Shown here in pieces: positions 59,455 through 64,000 of a DNA stretch of 64,000 bases. The stretch is from the NCBI RefSeq assembly GCF_025526975.1, contig NW_026515683.1:248001-312000 (forward strand). Reading direction: 5' to 3'. A program made the position numbers and the translations under genes. This stretch comes from Fimicolochytrium jonesii (Eukaryota). The stretch's first letter is position 1, and every line of letters starts with the position of its first letter. The notes beneath the pieces are model-generated. The model was given only the letters and a program-made list of their open reading frames with translations. It made no database searches and was not told the origin of the DNA.

Positions 59455-59926
59455 GGAACGGCGATATTTAGACCCCGTCGTCCGCGTCTGCTTCGCCGAA
59501 CTTCGTACTCGGAAGTCTGCTGATGGACGTCTTCACTATAGTACCATTTAGATAGGAATATCCGCCATCTACTGAGCAGTAATAGTCGCGAAGTTAGATA
59601 GGGGGCCATGTATAGTATACATTGATATTTGTATCTGTCCTCACTGAGGAGCAAGGAAGACGTGTCGAAGGCGAGGTCAGGAGTTCGTGGTGTTCACGAG
59701 GCCGCGCGCGTTTTTGGGGAGTTGATTTCCTGAACGGTTTGGCAAGCTTCGCATTCACACAGTCAACCCCGCTTTCTGCATCCCTCCACCTTCCACCTGG
59801 TAAGTTTGCAGTGCTTTCGTTTGCAGCGTGTCCAGCTTGGTAGCCTGGTAGCCGATGCTGCCTTCCGTTGCCGAGGTTCTTACCTGCTTTTGCATGTCCC
59901 CGTTCGTTAATCTTCACAGGCCAACA

Positions 59927-60663
59927 ATGTTCAACCGAGCAATCCTCGCCTCGACCCGTACGCTCGTGCGCCCAACTTGCGCTATCCGCGCTTCCGCTCG
60001 GAGGGCGACAGCGCCTGGAATTTTGTCTCTCCGTGGATATGCAAGTGAGTGTCGAGCAAAGCGAGCGCGAGACAGAGCTTTTGGCGGAGATTATGGCACA
60101 AAGACTGCCGCAGGCTTGCCGATGACCTGCACCAACATTTCCCGTAACAGTTCCCTATCTCTTGACCGTGCAGCACGAAAATACACCCCAGAACACGAGT
60201 GGGTTAGCGTGGACAGCAACGGCATCGGCACGGTTGGCATCACCGATTACGCCGCGAAGGCGCTCGGAGAGGTTGTCTTTGTCGAGATTCCCGACGTTGG
60301 CACCAACGTGGAGAAGAAGGAGCAGCTGAGCGCTGTCGAGAGTGTGAAGGCGGCCAGTGATGTCTACGCTCCCGTTTCCGGGGAGGTTGTCGAGGTGAAC
60401 GAGGCGTTGAGCGACGACTCGGCGTTGATCAACTCTAGTCCTTTCGAGAAAGGTGGGTTTACGAGAGGAGTTCTGTTCAGACAAATCGTGGTGATGGAGG
60501 AAGGAGGAGTGGAGCTGGGCAGGTAGTATCAGCATCCTTGCTAATACGATATCTTTCCATTCTTGCAGGATGGATCGCAAAGATCAAGTTGAGCGACAAG
60601 GCAGAGGTGGACGCCCTAATGGACGAGTCTGCGTACGCTGAGCACTTGAAGGGATCCGCATAA
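59927..60663 (+). CDS. GCV3: Glycine cleavage system H protein, mitochondrial; 3 exons
   Basis: Arg-rich presequence, KYTPEHEWV, VGITDYA and lipoyl-lysine motif VESVKAASD. Confidence 0.96.
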
Positions 60664-60977
60664 GCGTGCAGAAAATGAAGGCTGTACTATACTCGACCGA
60701 AACGCCTTAGTCCTTCCTGTGTACGGCCGGCCCCTCCTGTCGTACGGAGAACGGTGTTGTAACTAGAATCATATAAATGTCACATACAACGATCACCCGA
60801 CTCAAAGAAGCATCAATAAAATGTGAAGGTCGCAAGCCATCGTTTTCTCTTTTGTGTAGCATCCAACAGTAACCCGGAGGCGAAGAGATTCAAGCTCATA
60901 GGTGGGGAGGCATGATGCCGCAGTATTTACATGATGTACGATTCAGATGCCAAGATGCCACGCCATTTGCATATATA

Positions 60978-63900
60978 CTACCTGCCAAGAACCGTGACCC
61001 AATGCGGTAAACTCGGCGTCTGTACATACGACGTCGCTTTACTGTCTGTCCCCTCCACCCCCTCGTTCCGCTTGGCAGTCAGAGGCTCTATCGACACATT
61101 CAAATGCCACTTGTTGACATCGTAAACGCCGGGTTGCCCGAAACAGGCGTTGAACGTCAGCGTGGTCTCCTCTTCGGGTTTCAAGCTTCCCGAAATAGAT
61201 GTGGAACCGATGAAGTACCGTCCAGATTGGTCGATCTCGCGGCCTGGCTCTGGTTTGCTCTGGTCCCCCTTGGAGTCGACGTTGGTGTCGAGGTCTGCGG
61301 CGATGCGAAGATGGTAGTTGGCGGCGTTTGCCCATGATGTGTTGCGCAGTTCGACTGAGATTGGCACGATGCAGACTCTGATGATCGAGCGGGCGCAGTG
61401 CGCTGGTCAGTGAAGGTACCAAAGTAGATGCGGCTCAAAGTATAATCGCACTTACCCCGAGTCAAAATCGTGCTGGAATTCAGACCCAGCCTTCAGAATA
61501 ACTCTCATCGGCCCATTATCCCTCCCCCGTGATTTCAGTAAACTTGTGATCAACGCCCGCTTCTCTCTCACAGTGGTCTCGAACAGTGCCTTCCCAGCAG
61601 CAGCCTTAGCCGCCGTAGCCAATGGCTCCAGGCCCGCTTGCAGTCCTTGCAACGGCGCTTGCATGCCCAGGTTGATGCCCATCACATACTGGTGTCCGCT
61701 GATTCTCCCATCGGGTAAGCTCCACACCAAGGACAGGTCGACGTCATCGGTGAAGTAGAACGTGAACAGCTCGCGTAGCTGTTTAGGTGTCAACCCTGGG
61801 TAGAGGGATTGGAGATAAGTGAGCCGCCATTGGAGGCGAGAGTTTGCCGTTAGGCCTCGGAAAGGTATTGTATTGCATGAGACAGCCGTTCCCGACTGCT
61901 GGTGATTTAGTAAGACGAGGTGCAATCTTGCTACGGATGAACATTTTACGCACCAGTCCCAAGCTTGACACGTATAGATCCAGATCAGGTGCGTTCAGCT
62001 TGATAGACGTCTCATTCAGCAGCAATCGTTCTATGGCGCGCAATGTTAAGATCTCTGGAATGCTGGCATGGTCCACTGGTGCTGAGGACGCCCGCTTGAA
62101 ACGATAGTACTTGAAGGCCACTTGCTGAGAGCCTACTCGGAAGGATTCCGCTGAATCCTGACTGATGATGCTTTTAACGCTATTGTACTCAGGTCCATTC
62201 GAATGAGCCATTGTTTATACATACCTGCTGGCAATCGGGTGGATTGCCCAGGTGGGACTTATGGAGGATAGCTGCCTCAAAACCAAGTCGCCCTCTGTCC
62301 TGAGATTTTCGATCTGGGACAAATTTTCGTGAGCGAAGGAGCGAAACGTAAGTTCCTATACGAGAGGATGCGCATACCTCAATGCCGAGAATGAACTCGT
62401 CCAGCGTTTTTCCGCTCGGCCTTGTGAAAGCATTGATCCTTAAGGATGGCAGCACATTCGCCGAAACACTGTATCGTAGTGTCCGATAACTGGTTTTATC
62501 ACGCTTGTCCTAATGGACATGAATGCTTGTTAGTACAGTGCTAAGCAAGCGGCCTACTGGCATCCGTCAGCTCACCTCAGACTGATATCCAAACAAGAAG
62601 CGGAAGTTCTGCTTCCCAACTTTATCGCCGCGTATCCACAAGGGGATTATTGTGGTCATGCCCGCGCCCAGCACGCGCTCCTCATCGTTGGGTTGGCCCT
62701 CTTTGATGGGTAATTGGAAGGGAGTCGTTCCAAGGTTGAAAAGGAGGTTCGGGCACTTCATAGTCTCCTGGAACATCCCTGCGGTTTCCGCATCGACTTG
62801 CCCTATAGAACAATATGGTAAGCGCCGCAAGCCGTACGGCGCAGTTCTCATAACGCTCCCATACCGTAAACGGGAGCGTCCAATCCATCATTGTTGCCAA
62901 CGGAAAAGAAACTCGGATGACTGGTCTTGAGCTGCAGATTCCTCAACCCGCGGTTCCCCTTGTTGTTGATCTCCAGAACCACCTGGGATACTTGCCCCGA
63001 TAGAATTGCAGTCGGGAAGGAGTGGAATATGACGTCCAAGACTGGCATAGGTGAGGTCACGGTGAGCGAGAGCTGCGAGACCACGTCCTTGCCACCCTTT
63101 CCTTTCGCAGGGAACTCGCGTGTGGTGGGGACGACGCCGCAGAGGGTGTAGCGGATCCCTAGGATCCTGATCTCGCCTTCCTGTTTGGGAAAGATGCGCA
63201 ACTGCACCTGAGACGGGAATGAGAGTGTAAGTTCCGCCCACTCTCATGAAGACAGGAGCCCAGCAAAAGTATACCTGTTTCTTCTCCCGATCACCAAGGG
63301 CTACTTCAGGTATATTCTCGACGTCATACTGGGGATGCTCAACCTTAAGAGGCGACTGGCTATCCGCGATCCACCGCAAATCGCTAACGATTGGAGGACC
63401 TCCGCCGAAGCTACATTCGAGATGAACATTGTTGATCTGTATTGGGATATCCATGGGGTTCCGCACTTCGAACGTCACAAAAACCGGTTCTGTGTCGCGA
63501 TGGAGATGCATAAGATCAAGGAATCACAGGTCCACGAGAGCTGCGACGAGGAAACTGACCTCCAACAGCACATGTTGTTTTCCCTTTGTTAGCAAGCGAG
63601 AGCGTAGGCTGTAGCAGACCACTCTTCTTAAACCCATCCTCAAAAAGCTCGTTTTCCATCGTTTCCCACGTCTCGTCCATGTTTGCAACCTGTTTAGGTT
63701 GCCCGGAGTGCGCCTCGAGCAAGGACACATTCGTGGACCAAAGGTCGATGATCGGAATAGGTAGAGCCGGCAGGTTTTTGACGTTCTGCTCGGATGCCTT
63801 AGCTGCGTAGCCATATAGGTAGAGGAACTCCCGCAGGTAGGCGCTCTGTTGCATCTGCGATTGCCGGCTCGCTCTGAGCAACTTGAGGAAGAAGCCTACG

Positions 63901-64000
63901 GCGGATTGAAAGTCACCCAAATGGAAGCTTTGACGGCCGAGCGTGAAATTGATATGATCCTCCACAAGTGCCCAGTCGCGCTCGTTATATACTGCTCTCG
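60978..64000 (-). CDS. TRS85: TRAPP III subunit TRAPPC8/Trs85, 3' part (5' end beyond window), multi-exon
   Basis: WALVEDHINFTLGRQSFHLG, QQSAYLREF, VRNPMDIPIQINNV, VTSPMPVLDV and terminal PGVYDVNKW. Confidence 0.88.

Overview
Gene-dense eukaryotic window with short GT-AG introns. It is most consistent with a flagellated early-diverging fungus such as a chytrid; this is inferred from gene content and not proven. About 24 protein-coding genes can be assembled by hand: an Mbp1/Swi4-type APSES factor, Bax inhibitor-1, a TLC protein, a PP1-regulator-like LRR protein, an F-box/LRR protein, a Psr1-type phosphatase, SLMAP/Far9, BORCS8, SAC3/GANP, TAD3, GST kappa, promethin, Pumilio, a SAXO/TEX45-like repeat protein, an ethylene-receptor-like hybrid histidine kinase, an ABCF ATPase, a bacterial-type ATP-grasp ligase, a small orphan, an ankyrin protein, TOP2, a PBZ-SWIM DNA ligase, glycine cleavage H protein and a partial TRAPPC8. 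There is also a 655-bp non-autonomous Tc1/mariner element with perfect terminal inverted repeats. The highlights are (1) an intact ETR1-like ethylene-binding domain on a PAS-PAS hybrid kinase, (2) a NikS-like ATP-grasp ligase that may be horizontally acquired, and (3) a compact ATP-dependent DNA ligase with a poly(ADP-ribose)-binding zinc finger, head-to-head with TOP2, whose MCB-containing upstream region is split by the transposon. No rRNA, tRNA or CRISPR array was recognised. All family calls come from motif recognition by eye; no database searches were run.
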